This document shows, one piece after another, positions 38,666 to 48,058 of a DNA stretch of 64,000 bases. Source of the DNA: an uncultured Candidatus Poseidoniales archaeon. Lineage in GTDB: Archaea; Thermoplasmatota; Poseidoniia; Poseidoniales; Thalassarchaeaceae. The DNA lies in assembly GCA_902601345.1 (NCBI GenBank), contig CACKMK010000002.1:43571-107570 (forward strand), given 5' to 3'. How positions within the stretch are numbered: the first letter of the stretch is position 1; each line of letters starts with the position of its first letter. The position numbers and the translations under genes were made by a program. Under the pieces are notes generated by a model, which saw only the letters and a program-made list of their open reading frames with translations, searched no databases and was not told where the DNA came from.

Positions 38666-39207
38666 CCATGGGGTCTACTCGGCCTGTACACATCTACGTT
38701 GACGGTTCATGTGGAGAGAATCGTAATGTTACATCAGATACCAAGGCTGGATGGGGGTTCTGTGTAATCTCAGAGGACACCGGGTCTGGAAATGGTAAGG
38801 GGAGTCTCTTGATGGAATCATTTGGACATGTCGTCACAAATCCAGAGGATGATGGGTTTTTGGGTGCCGAAGTGGGTTCTAACAACACCGCCGAGCTATC
38901 GGCCATCGCCCATGCTCTGAGGTGGGTTATTCTGGAGAAGGGAGTAGGGGCAGCAATAGTGAGGAGTGACTCGACTTATGCGTTGAATATAGCCTCGGGG
39001 ACTTGGGAGGCGAAGGCAAATCAAGAATTAGCAAGGAGAGTGAGTTCTTTGTGGAAGGAAGTGTCTGGCCTTATGATGCTGAGTGGTGAGCATGTGCCTG
39101 CTCACACCGGTCATAGGTGGAATGAGCGAGCTGATCACCTAGCGTTCAGGGCTATGAAAGGAGAACCCCCGCTACCTCTGCAGTTCTGGAAACCCGGGAA
39201 GAGGTAG
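38662..39207 (+). CDS. rnhA: Ribonuclease HI (type 1 RNase H)
   Basis: YVDGSCGEN, NNTAELSAIAHALRW and HTGHRWNERADHLA cover the DEDD catalytic residues. The start codon overlaps the gcvH stop (ATGA). Confidence 0.75.
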   Translation: MTMGSTRPVHIYVDGSCGENRNVTSDTKAGWGFCVISEDTGSGNGKGSLLMESFGHVVTNPEDDGFLGAEVGSNNTAELSAIAHALRWVILEKGVGAAIVRSDSTYALNIASGTWEAKANQELARRVSSLWKEVSGLMMLSGEHVPAHTGHRWNERADHLAFRAMKGEPPLPLQFWKPGKR

Positions 39208-39208
39208 T

Positions 39209-39622
39209 TCACTCCTCTTTTAGAGGGCCTATGACGAGGTATACGTATACGGCCTGGAGACCCAGAAGGAGTCCAACTAGAACCAAGATGAGCCCGGTTG
39301 GATCAGGAAGGTGAGGTTGCATAGGATTCCCAGCTACCCAGGAAATTGCTAGAAATCCTATGGAGGCATATAGAACTAGTCTGGCGGACTCCTCTGGTTT
39401 CTCCCAAAGGTCAATCCAAGGGACTAGTCCCTTTCTCTTGAATGTTCGACGATACCAAGCCACATAGGCTAAGGATGCCCCTACAAGACCGATTACTCCT
39501 CTGGAAAAACTGGAGTCTTCCCAAGGTCCGCTCGGTGCGACGCCGAACACTAGGGCATCGAGAATCAACAGCACGGCTGCGACTGCATGCGGCTTCCACT
39601 GCGGCTCGCTTTGGCTTACCAT
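39209..39622 (-). CDS. Hypothetical membrane protein
   Basis: 137 aa with 4 predicted TM helices. Confidence 0.35.
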   Translation of the reverse strand: MVSQSEPQWKPHAVAAVLLILDALVFGVAPSGPWEDSSFSRGVIGLVGASLAYVAWYRRTFKRKGLVPWIDLWEKPEESARLVLYASIGFLAISWVAGNPMQPHLPDPTGLILVLVGLLLGLQAVYVYLVIGPLKEE

Positions 39623-39684
39623 GGAATGACCAGGTCGAGCCGCAGTAATGATGTATTGCTCTCATCTGCGAAGCCTGAGAAGAC

Positions 39685-40638
39685 ATGGAAGAAGTTGCGT
39701 TCTCCGATATCGTCGAGGCTGCTAAAGCGCTCGAAGGAGTAATCGTAAGGACTCCAGTTGTAAATTCCGCGAAAATTGACGAAATCGCTGGAAGGAAGGT
39801 TTTCATGAAGTGTGAGAATGCCCAACACGTCAAGGCGTTCAAATTCCGAGGGGCTTCTAATGCGGTAAGAGTCCTCGGGGACGACGCAGAGGATGGTCTT
39901 TGCACTCACAGCAGCGGGAACCATGGACAGGCAGTCGCTTTGGCTGCAAAGCACAGGGGAGTCCCTGCCTACATCGTGATGCCTAACAACGCTCCCAAGG
40001 TTAAGATCAACGGCGTCATTAGCCATGGTGCAGAGGTGATCCTCTGCGAGCCTAACCTAGATGCGAGGATTTCTACTGCAAATTCGGTGCTTGAAAGGAC
40101 CGGGGCGACCTTCATCCATCCTTTTGACAACCTCAGCGTCATAGCCGGACAGGGAACTGCAGCGAAAGAGATGATAGAGGATTGTGAGGGACTAGATGCC
40201 GTCTTGTCCCCCATTGGCGGAGGTGGCCTGATGTCTGGGACATGCATTTCCACCCGGGCTCTACTTCCGGAAGCTCGAATTTTCGGAGCAGAGCCAGAAG
40301 GGGCTGATGATGCTGCTAGATCTCTGGAGACCGGGGAGTATGTGTCCCAGACAGATCCCGATACTATCTGTGATGGCCTTTTGACCAGCATGGGCCAGAA
40401 GACATGGCCAATCATCAAGAGGCACGTAGAAGAAATTGTCACCGTTAATGACGATGCTGTGCTGGGGGCAATGTCGCTGATTCACGAAGAGTTCGGGATG
40501 GTCGTGGAACCCAGTGGAGCCATATCCCTGGCAGCAGTGCTCAAGGATGAGTTCAGAGAAAAGAAAGGAATCGGATCTATTGGAATTATTCTGTGTGGTG
40601 GAAACGTAGACCCTGAGAATCTCCCCTTCACCCTTTGA
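39685..40638 (+). CDS. PLP-dependent threonine dehydratase / serine racemase family (fold type II)
   Basis: MKCENAQHVKAFKFRGASNAV carries the PLP-Lys of the xSFKxRGA motif, and GGGGLMSG is the glycine loop. 317 aa, the catabolic/short form. Confidence 0.7.
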   Translation: MEEVAFSDIVEAAKALEGVIVRTPVVNSAKIDEIAGRKVFMKCENAQHVKAFKFRGASNAVRVLGDDAEDGLCTHSSGNHGQAVALAAKHRGVPAYIVMPNNAPKVKINGVISHGAEVILCEPNLDARISTANSVLERTGATFIHPFDNLSVIAGQGTAAKEMIEDCEGLDAVLSPIGGGGLMSGTCISTRALLPEARIFGAEPEGADDAARSLETGEYVSQTDPDTICDGLLTSMGQKTWPIIKRHVEEIVTVNDDAVLGAMSLIHEEFGMVVEPSGAISLAAVLKDEFREKKGIGSIGIILCGGNVDPENLPFTL

Positions 40639-40682
40639 ATCTATGCTAACAGATTATATCCTTATGGTGAGCCTAGTACCCA

Positions 40683-41693
40683 ATGGCCCTAGTATTTGAT
40701 AGGATTAAATCGACGCCCGGCGAAGCACTGCTTCTTCTGACTGCCTTGGTAACCCTGGTTTACTCGTTGAACTTCATGTTCTTCTCGGTGTGTTACACTA
40801 CTGCAGGAGAAGATTGCTTCACCTTACTAAATAATGGTGCGCCCATTGGTGATCCAGCATACGGTGCTGGCGCACCAGAGTTCGCATTCAACGGCATCCT
40901 GATGTTCGGGCTTTTCATATCGACCATGCTGATTCTCAATGAGGGCGCGCGTGGCATGTGGAAGGTGATGCTCCCCGTTCTCGCTGGACTAGTCGTAGCT
41001 AGCGCGGTAATCTGGATATTCTGGAACGATGCTAGCGAGTCTAGCGAGGCCCCCAAGTTCCTCACTCCCATCGTGACCTTGGCTTATGCCGGAGCGTACA
41101 TGATGCTCCGTTCGGAGGATCAGGTTCACGAGGGTTTGGATTCGCTCTCGTTCGGTATCGGTATCAAGGACCCAGTGGCTATGATGGGCCTGATCTTGGT
41201 CATCGCAACGGGGATATTCTACGTGTTCAGGCAGATAGCTGACCCACAATCCGTGATTGACGCGGTCACTCCGGGGAATGCCACAGATGGCCTCCTAGCT
41301 CCGTCTGAAGTTACTGTGGCCTTCACAGGGGCTCTTCTACTAACTTACGTACTTTGGGCAGTCGTTATCCTGACCCAAGGGGCCAAGGGGATGTGGGCAG
41401 TAGCTCACCCTGCACTCTTCGCTTTCCTTACCGTGACGATAGCCAACTACTTCGGATTCGTCTTTGGTCCGATTAGAGAGTTCTCAGAGCAGAATGAGAT
41501 GGATGCGATTTCGGGACCGGCGACCATGCTCGTATTCCTCTTGGTCTACCTCAGGCTAAGGGACGAGGGCATCGAGGATGGCATGACCATCCAAGGTGAG
41601 TCGCAGGATTCTGCAGGATTCGATCGTTTCTTCGTGGTGGGTGCAATCATGATATCAGCAGCATTTATGATCGTACAGATATCTGGTCTGTGA
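40683..41693 (+). CDS. Hypothetical polytopic membrane protein
   Basis: 336 aa with about 8 TM helices and no recognisable catalytic motif. Confidence 0.4.
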   Translation: MALVFDRIKSTPGEALLLLTALVTLVYSLNFMFFSVCYTTAGEDCFTLLNNGAPIGDPAYGAGAPEFAFNGILMFGLFISTMLILNEGARGMWKVMLPVLAGLVVASAVIWIFWNDASESSEAPKFLTPIVTLAYAGAYMMLRSEDQVHEGLDSLSFGIGIKDPVAMMGLILVIATGIFYVFRQIADPQSVIDAVTPGNATDGLLAPSEVTVAFTGALLLTYVLWAVVILTQGAKGMWAVAHPALFAFLTVTIANYFGFVFGPIREFSEQNEMDAISGPATMLVFLLVYLRLRDEGIEDGMTIQGESQDSAGFDRFFVVGAIMISAAFMIVQISGL

Positions 41694-41698
41694 ATAGG

Positions 41699-41772
41699 TG
41701 GAGCACGAGCCGGGATTTGCACCCGGGTCCATGGATCTGCAGTCCATTGCATAGCTGCTCTGCCACTCGTGC
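41699..41772 (-). tRNA. tRNA-Cys (anticodon GCA) with an atypical D-loop (no GG) and T-loop (TGCAAAT instead of TTCRAAT)
   Basis: Hand fold of the reverse complement: acceptor GCACGAG/CTCGTGC (7 bp); anticodon stem ATGGA/TCCAT with loop CU-GCA-GA; T-stem CCGGG/CCCGG; discriminator U73, the Cys identity element; CCA encoded. 74 nt. Confidence 0.5.
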
Positions 41773-41856
41773 TTCACCCCGCCGACCGTACTTTCTCTCT
41801 TGAAGGCTGTCCGCGTTTCGGCATACCTTCATTGGGTGGGTGCCGGTGTGAAAGGC

Positions 41857-42993
41857 ATGCCCCGGGTGTCTTCCCGTTTCGAGGGTCTCGGCGTCGGTTT
41901 CGCCCCTTATCTCCAGCCTCCAGGTCCCGAGGTCGTCAGATGGACCGTTGGCGAACCCGGTTTCGAAACCCCATCCCCTATCGTCGATGCTGCGATTAGG
42001 GGTCTCGAGGAAGGGAAGACGAAGTACACCAGAGGACCGGGATCAGTAGAACTATGCAATGCCGTTTCCGAATACCTCAGAACTCACCATGACATCGAGG
42101 CAAGGGCGGAAGATATCGTAGTCACTCCAGGGGCGAAGCAGGCTCTTCTATACTCATTCTTGATTACAACTATGCCGGGAGACGAAGCTATTCTCCTTTC
42201 CCCATCATGGGCATCATACGAACCCATGCTGGAATTCATCGGAGCCGTGCCCGTGAATGTAAATGTGAAGATGGACAACTTTCACCCTGATTTGGAAGCA
42301 ATTAGAGAGGCTGTAACCGAGAAGACCAAAATGATCCTCATCAATTCTCCATGCAATCCGACTGGAGCCGTATTCACTCCTGAGGAAATCAGGGGGATTG
42401 TGGATATAGCGGTTGAGAATGACTTGTGGATAGTTTCTGACGAGATTTACGGAAGAATGGTTTGGGTGGATTGGCCTCACGTTTCTCCGTCAACAATGCC
42501 CGGTGGAATGGAGAGGACCATTGTGGTCAATGGTTGGTCAAAGTCTTGGGCTATGACCGGGATGAGAGTAGGTTTTCTCACTGGTCCAAGCGAAGCGATG
42601 AGAGCAGCGGTGAAGAGCCAGGCCAACTCAGCATCCCATATCCCGACATTCATGATGGATGCAGCCAAGGTAGCGCTGGAATGCGAGGACTCGGTACAGG
42701 AGTTCAACAGTGAGTATAGGAAGAGAAGGAATCTGATGACGGAAGGGCTATCTTCCATCCCAGGAATAAGGGTCCCGGAACCAGAGGGTGCTTTCTACGT
42801 ATTCGCAGACGTAACAGGGACTGGGATGACCGATATCGAATTCGCAGATGGGGCATTAGAAGCAGGAGTGCAACTAATTCCGGCCTCTTTGATTACGGGA
42901 GGCGAGGGTTTCGTCAGGATCTCATATGCTGCTGATGAAGAGGACATTATGGAGGGTTTGAGGAGACTCAAGTCCTGGCTATTGCAAGAGTGA
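41857..42993 (+). CDS. Aspartate/aromatic aminotransferase (class I PLP aminotransferase)
   Basis: VNGWSKSWAMTGMRVGF carries the PLP-Lys in the SKS.AMTGWRVG motif, and INSPCNPTGAVF is also present. The ORF opens at 41800, but the Met at 41857 is more plausible. Confidence 0.75.
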   Translation: MPRVSSRFEGLGVGFAPYLQPPGPEVVRWTVGEPGFETPSPIVDAAIRGLEEGKTKYTRGPGSVELCNAVSEYLRTHHDIEARAEDIVVTPGAKQALLYSFLITTMPGDEAILLSPSWASYEPMLEFIGAVPVNVNVKMDNFHPDLEAIREAVTEKTKMILINSPCNPTGAVFTPEEIRGIVDIAVENDLWIVSDEIYGRMVWVDWPHVSPSTMPGGMERTIVVNGWSKSWAMTGMRVGFLTGPSEAMRAAVKSQANSASHIPTFMMDAAKVALECEDSVQEFNSEYRKRRNLMTEGLSSIPGIRVPEPEGAFYVFADVTGTGMTDIEFADGALEAGVQLIPASLITGGEGFVRISYAADEEDIMEGLRRLKSWLLQE

Positions 42994-43006
42994 GTTTGAA
43001 ATCTCG

Positions 43007-43408
43007 GTGACTTGGCTCGGGACTGTGGACGATATCGAATCTGCAGGTTCCCATGTCCTTCTTGACTATGTCAACTACAGGAGGGGAGAAACTGGAGACG
43101 GAGAATGGGTACTATCGGTTCTAAGGGAGTGCGTAAGAGAGTCAGGAGTGAGGGAGGTCCATTCACACGTAGAGATATTCGATGGAGAAGATAGCCCCCC
43201 TGGTTTTGCTGCTGTAGTTCTTATCGATGAGAGCCATGTAACGGCACATTGCTACTCGGAGAGGGGAATTCTAGCCGTCGACGTCTTCACATGTGGAGAT
43301 AGCGATCCCTCTGAGGTAGCAGCCATGATCAATGACACGCTGGTATCCGAGATTCCCGGCTTGAGGAGAGTTTTCGAGAAGAGAGTCGAACGATTCAGGA
43401 GTGATTAG
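43007..43408 (+). CDS. speH: S-adenosylmethionine decarboxylase proenzyme (pyruvoyl-dependent, archaeal/bacterial class 1)
   Basis: ESHVTAHCYSERGILAVDVFTCGD has ESH as the self-cleavage/pyruvoyl site, and FTCG is conserved. 133 aa. Confidence 0.7.
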   Translation: MTWLGTVDDIESAGSHVLLDYVNYRRGETGDGEWVLSVLRECVRESGVREVHSHVEIFDGEDSPPGFAAVVLIDESHVTAHCYSERGILAVDVFTCGDSDPSEVAAMINDTLVSEIPGLRRVFEKRVERFRSD

Positions 43409-44353
43409 ATGGGAATTAGGGACTTCATCGAAACCCACTATTCTCACTTCAATGCCGGTGAACTGGCGAAATGCATAGATTCCCTAAGGGAGTTCCTAGA
43501 TGGAGGAGGGAGACTGATGATCACTCTAGCAGGAGCGATGTCCACTGCAGAGGTCGGAAAGAGCCTAGCCCCTGCAATCAGGTCTCAGAAAGTGCATGCA
43601 ATTTGCTGCACCGGAGCAAATCTGGAAGAGGAGTTGTTTGGCCTCTTCTCTAGATCTGAATACGAGCATGTTCCAAACTGGAGGCATCAGAGCAAGGAAG
43701 AGGATGCTGAGCTTCACCAAAGAGGAATGAACCGTGTTACTGACGTAGCAATCCCGGAAAGTACGTTCACCAAGGTGGGGGAATCATTGATGTCACTGTG
43801 GGAGGAATCCGAGGCCGTGGGGGACAGTCGCTTCCCGCACGAATACGTATACGACCTGCTACTTCACGAAGACCTCGAGGTCTCCTCGGCACCTGAGGAT
43901 TCGTGGTTAGTAGCGGCTGCTGATGCCAATCTTCCTATTTTCACCCCTGGCTGGGAGGACTCAACACTCGGGAACCTGCTTTCTGCTAGGGTCATAGACT
44001 GCACGCTCAAGAGCAATGCGATTGTGAGAGGCGGATTAGACGCGATGCAATCTCTTGCAGATTGGTATCGAGAGGATGACTCTCCCACGGGTATGCTACA
44101 AGTTGGAGGCGGAATTTCAGGAGATTTCGCGATCTCAGTCGTACCTATGCTTAGGCAGGACGCGGGAGTGGAGGTTCCACTTTGGGCATGGTTTGCTCAA
44201 ATCTCTGAGTCCAGTCCTTCATACGGCGGCTATTCTGGAGCTCCTCCAACTGAGAAGATTAGCTGGGGCAAATTGGGAGTCGAGACTCCTCAGTTCGTAA
44301 TCGAGTCAGATGCAAGCATCGTACTTCCCCTGATCCTTTGCTCATTGGAATAG
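43409..44353 (+). CDS. dys: Deoxyhypusine synthase
   Basis: MITLAGAMSTAEVG, ICCTGANLEEELFGL and GGGISGDF are DHS blocks. It is adjacent to speH. Confidence 0.8.
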   Translation: MGIRDFIETHYSHFNAGELAKCIDSLREFLDGGGRLMITLAGAMSTAEVGKSLAPAIRSQKVHAICCTGANLEEELFGLFSRSEYEHVPNWRHQSKEEDAELHQRGMNRVTDVAIPESTFTKVGESLMSLWEESEAVGDSRFPHEYVYDLLLHEDLEVSSAPEDSWLVAAADANLPIFTPGWEDSTLGNLLSARVIDCTLKSNAIVRGGLDAMQSLADWYREDDSPTGMLQVGGGISGDFAISVVPMLRQDAGVEVPLWAWFAQISESSPSYGGYSGAPPTEKISWGKLGVETPQFVIESDASIVLPLILCSLE

Positions 44354-45649
44354 TTGAGAGTAGTTCCCAACCTCCTCTGATATTCGAATCAGTTGGTTGT
44401 ACTTCGATGTCCTGTCTGACCTAGCCGGTGCCCCCGTCTTGATCTGCATTGAGTTTGTACCAACGGCCAAATCGGAAATTATGTCGTCAGAAGTCTCTCC
44501 TGACCTATGACTGATTATAGTCCCAAAACCAGCCTCTCTTGACTTTCGAATCACTTCCATAGTCTCAGTGAAGGTCCCAATCTGGTTCAATTTGATTAGT
44601 ATAGCATTTGAGGCATGGATAGAGATTCCTTTCTCGAGCCTCTTAGGATTAGTCACATACAGGTCATCACCGACTATCTGTACCCTGTGTCCTTCTCTGG
44701 AGGTGAATTCCTTCCAAGAGTCCCAATCGTCTTCTCCGAATGGGTCCTCGATTGACACAATTGGATACTCATCCAACCAATCAGAGTATTTTTTGCCGAG
44801 ATCTGTTCCAGATATTAGTTCTCCATCAATTAGGTAGTTTGAGCCATCGAAGAATTCCTGTGCTGCTACGTCTAAGGCTATGGAGACCTCTTTCCCTGGA
44901 GTGTATCCTGCTGCCTCTATTGCTTCTCTGACCAAACGTAGTCCCTCTTCGTTCCTAGGAAGATTCGGGGCGAAGCCACCTTCGTCCCCCACTCCGCCAA
45001 GCAGTCCCTCTTCCTTTAATTTGGTCTTGAGGGAATGGTAAATCTCGACTCCCGATCTCAGAGCCTCCGAGAAGGATTGGAAACCGTGAGGGACGACCAT
45101 AAATTCCTGCACATCGACATTCGATTCGGCGTGTGCTCCGCCGTTCAGAATATTCATCATCGGAACTGGCAGACTGATCTCGTCTCCGTGACAAATATGC
45201 TTCCAAAGTTCTCCTTCTGAAGAAGCCCTCAAGCATGCCAAGGAGGCTCCCAATATGGCGTTGGCCCCCAAGGAACCTTTGTTCTCAGAGCCATCCAATT
45301 CTATCAGTAGAGAGTCAATACTCTCCTGTTCAGAAGGATTCATTCCGATCAGTGCCTCTCTGATTGGACCGTTGACATTGTCAACCGCCTTTTGAACTCC
45401 CTTACCCATCCACTGAGTCCCGCCATCTCTCAATTCTACTGCTTCATGTGTTCCAGTGCTTGCTCCCGAAGGAACCGCTGCCCTACCCTTCAATACACCA
45501 TCGACATAGCAGTCGACTTCAATGGTTGGATTCCCTCTTGAATCGATGATAGCCCTAGCGAAGATGTCGCTGATAGCGGCACCCATTGATGCGCCCACGG
45601 GACCCTGACTTCTCAAGGTAGCGATTCGAATGGCTATCTGTTTAGCCAA
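44342..45649 (-). CDS. eno: Enolase (phosphopyruvate hydratase)
   Basis: ISHRSGETSDDIISDLAVG and ILIKLNQIGTFTE are enolase signatures. 435 aa. Confidence 0.9.
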   Translation of the reverse strand: MAKQIAIRIATLRSQGPVGASMGAAISDIFARAIIDSRGNPTIEVDCYVDGVLKGRAAVPSGASTGTHEAVELRDGGTQWMGKGVQKAVDNVNGPIREALIGMNPSEQESIDSLLIELDGSENKGSLGANAILGASLACLRASSEGELWKHICHGDEISLPVPMMNILNGGAHAESNVDVQEFMVVPHGFQSFSEALRSGVEIYHSLKTKLKEEGLLGGVGDEGGFAPNLPRNEEGLRLVREAIEAAGYTPGKEVSIALDVAAQEFFDGSNYLIDGELISGTDLGKKYSDWLDEYPIVSIEDPFGEDDWDSWKEFTSREGHRVQIVGDDLYVTNPKRLEKGISIHASNAILIKLNQIGTFTETMEVIRKSREAGFGTIISHRSGETSDDIISDLAVGTNSMQIKTGAPARSDRTSKYNQLIRISEEVGNYSQLFQ

Positions 45650-46068
45650 CTAAGCCACCGAGAGACCTTACTCTGCATCTCTGGGACTTCCAACTCTGAT
45701 CTGCATGAGCATTCCCAGCACAGTTGCTCCTCATTAGGTGAAATTGAGAATAGTTCGGCTCTAATTAGTACTCCATCTGCATCATTAGATTTGGAACGGT
45801 TATCGTCTACGAAGCAGTGCAACAAGTGCTTTGGGTAATGGTGGATTCTTCCAGACTTGGGGCAGCATAACATAGCGCTCCTAGGGAGGAAGATGAGCGA
45901 GGAGCCAGTAGCTGGGTCAAGTTCGTGTCCCTCGATCTTGGTTCCATCCAACAGGGATGCCACGTCAATATGATGCCACTGAGATTCTGAATGTGGGATA
46001 TCTAGTCCAGACACGTCATCAAGGTACTCCTGAATCCTGAGTTGGGAGGCTGCTTCCTCCTTAGTCAT
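45634..46068 (-). CDS. Hypothetical protein (His/Cys-rich, possibly cupin-like); start trimmed to MTKEEAAS
   Basis: HHIDVASLLDG, IHHYPKHLLHCFVDD and CWECSC suggest a metal-binding protein, but no family was recognised. The ORF's upstream extension runs into an AT-rich promoter. Confidence 0.3.
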   Translation of the reverse strand: MTKEEAASQLRIQEYLDDVSGLDIPHSESQWHHIDVASLLDGTKIEGHELDPATGSSLIFLPRSAMLCCPKSGRIHHYPKHLLHCFVDDNRSKSNDADGVLIRAELFSISPNEEQLCWECSCRSELEVPEMQSKVSRWLSWLNR

Positions 46069-46210
46069 GGCTAACCAAGATGGGTCGTCCCATTTGAATA
46101 CAACCAATTTTATTGATTTAAACAATAACAAGAAAAGTGTCTTTTTATGAAGAAAAATGTTCGATAATACCAAGAAATAACCATAAGTTGCATGTTTTTC
46201 GGAGAAGAGT
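46069..46210. promoter_or_regulatory. AT-rich divergent promoter region (hypothetical gene <- -> lrp)
   Basis: ttttattgatttaaacaataacaagaaaagtgtctttttatgaagaaaaatgttcgataatacc contains several TATA-like elements between the divergent starts. Confidence 0.4.
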
Positions 46211-46633
46211 ATGAGTAATGTTGATTCACTAGACAGATCTATTCTATCCTTCCTCAGAGAGTCTGCAAGGGCCCCCTACGTAGAGATAGCCAAAGGAGTC
46301 GGAGTCACAGAAAGGACTGTTCGAACTAGAATCAAAAGGCTAGAGGATGAGGGCGTAATCAGAGGATATACGGTTAGAGAGTCCGGAATAGGGCTCACTG
46401 CGCTGATTCGTCTCAAAGTTGGTTCGGGTACCGAGATTGGTTCTCTGGCTGGTGAGTTCTCGGGATGGGCTGGCGTTGAGTGCGTATACGAAATAAGCGG
46501 CGATGCAGATTTAGTTGCGGTGGTTCACGTTGATGATACCGTGGCTCTGAGGGACATGCTGGACAGAATGTGGTTAGCAGCACCCGGAGACATCAGTTCG
46601 ACTCAGACCGAACTAGTCCTAGAACAGTACTAG
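46211..46633 (+). CDS. lrp: Lrp/AsnC family transcriptional regulator
   Basis: The N-terminal HTH is LDRSILSFLRESARAPYVEIAKGVGVTERTVRTRIKRLEDEGVIRGY, followed by a C-terminal RAM domain. 140 aa. Confidence 0.75.
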   Translation: MSNVDSLDRSILSFLRESARAPYVEIAKGVGVTERTVRTRIKRLEDEGVIRGYTVRESGIGLTALIRLKVGSGTEIGSLAGEFSGWAGVECVYEISGDADLVAVVHVDDTVALRDMLDRMWLAAPGDISSTQTELVLEQY

Positions 46634-46647
46634 AGTAGGAATATTGT

Positions 46648-47502
46648 CTATTCGGGTTTGCAAAGAAGATATCTGAAATACTGAATCCTCCCTAACTTTA
46701 GGGACTCGTAAACAGGAGTGCCGGGCACCCCCCCGAAGGTCTCGAAGCTTTTCCTGAGAGATGGCGGAGCACTTTGGCGTATCATCTCCCTCCTGTCCTC
46801 ATCGATAATATCCAATGCGTCCACTACGTTTTCAGTCACGTCCGTCCATGACTCTATGGTAAATCCGGACTGGACGAAACTCTCGTGCATTTTCTCCATG
46901 GTCTTCTTATCCCTCATATCGGTCCAGCAGAACTTTCCACCTGGCTTTAGGACCCTGAATACCTCAGAGACGAAGGCTGGAATATCAGCATAGCAATGGG
47001 ATGATTCGACATTGTACACGATATCAAACGATTGATCTGGTAGAGCAAGTTGCTGAGCGTTTCCAACTCTGAATTCTAAATTATCCTGGTCTGAAAACCA
47101 CCCTTGAGAGAGTCGTATCGCCTCATCTGAATAGTCGACTGCAAGAAGGGATTTTGGATTGTATTTCCTTGATACCCAACTCGCTCCTCCTCCCCTTCCA
47201 GACCCTACTTCGAGGACTTCTTTTCCCTCAATCTCAACATCCCTAATATTCATGTTGTAAAGTTGGATGAATAGCCTGTCTCCCTCATCCTCGGGGGATA
47301 ATTCGAGTTCATCTCCATCTTTGAATCCATAGTTCATGAATCGGAAGTTGTGGTCTTTCTGTGATCTTGCCATCCTCTGATATAGACCTCTCCACATTCT
47401 CATCCTAATCCGGGGAGGAGCCAGTCGCATTACAGAGTAGAATATCCTCGCAGGGATGCCGGTTGACAAATTAGCACCTATTCTTTCCACTTTACTGAAC
47501 AA
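46648..47502 (-). CDS. Class I SAM-dependent methyltransferase
   Basis: VLEVGSGRGGGASWVS is a glycine-rich motif I, and the acidic motif II is DIVYNVESSHCY. Confidence 0.6.
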   Translation of the reverse strand: MFSKVERIGANLSTGIPARIFYSVMRLAPPRIRMRMWRGLYQRMARSQKDHNFRFMNYGFKDGDELELSPEDEGDRLFIQLYNMNIRDVEIEGKEVLEVGSGRGGGASWVSRKYNPKSLLAVDYSDEAIRLSQGWFSDQDNLEFRVGNAQQLALPDQSFDIVYNVESSHCYADIPAFVSEVFRVLKPGGKFCWTDMRDKKTMEKMHESFVQSGFTIESWTDVTENVVDALDIIDEDRREMIRQSAPPSLRKSFETFGGVPGTPVYESLKLGRIQYFRYLLCKPE

Positions 47503-48032
47503 CCGATACTCTCTGTCCTAGACACGGACACCTTCTGCCCTGAGGTAAGCTCGTTTATTGCGTCGTCTAGTTCGGAAGTAGTAGCGTGTGACGGATCTCT
47601 GGGAGAGTCATCCAGGCGACCCCTGTAAACCACGATTGATTCCTTATTCAGGAGGTAGAATTCCGGGGTCCTCTCCGCGCTGTAGGCAATTGCAACCTCC
47701 TGGGTTGAGTCGTGGAGGTATGGATATGTCATACCCTTTTTAGCTCTCTTTACCATGTTCTCCCATGAATCCGATTCATACTTGACTGGGTCATTTGAGT
47801 TGATTCCAACGAACCCCAGGCCCTTGCTTCTGGCTACATTAGCTGCGTCCTCTATTCTGGGCTCTGACCCCACTACATACGGGCAGTGATTGCAAGTGAA
47901 GAAGACAACAGTACCGTTCTCTCCCATGGTATCACTGAGTGTGATGGTCTTCTCGCCTGAGTTTTCGTTGGCGTTTGGAAGTTCGAAATTAGGGGCCAAT
48001 TCTCCCGGTTCAAGTTTCTTCAAGAAATGCAT
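47478..48032 (-). CDS. Thioredoxin-fold redoxin (TlpA/AhpC-TSA-like thiol-disulfide oxidoreductase)
   Basis: VVFFTCNHCPYV is a CxxC active site in the redoxin context. 184 aa. Confidence 0.5.
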   Translation of the reverse strand: MHFLKKLEPGELAPNFELPNANENSGEKTITLSDTMGENGTVVFFTCNHCPYVVGSEPRIEDAANVARSKGLGFVGINSNDPVKYESDSWENMVKRAKKGMTYPYLHDSTQEVAIAYSAERTPEFYLLNKESIVVYRGRLDDSPRDPSHATTSELDDAINELTSGQKVSVSRTESIGCSVKWKE

Positions 48033-48058
48033 GTATTAACGCCAGGGTAGCACATTGT

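Noticed and set aside
41546-41752. 68-aa minus-strand ORF overlapping the tRNA-Cys
   Set aside because: It overlaps a well-folding tRNA and the 3' end of the membrane protein gene, with no support.
46080-46200. AT-rich block considered as a possible replication-origin-like or ORB element
   Set aside because: It is only about 120 nt long, with no recognisable repeated ORB-like inverted repeats. It is better explained as a divergent TATA-rich promoter region for the lrp gene and its neighbour.
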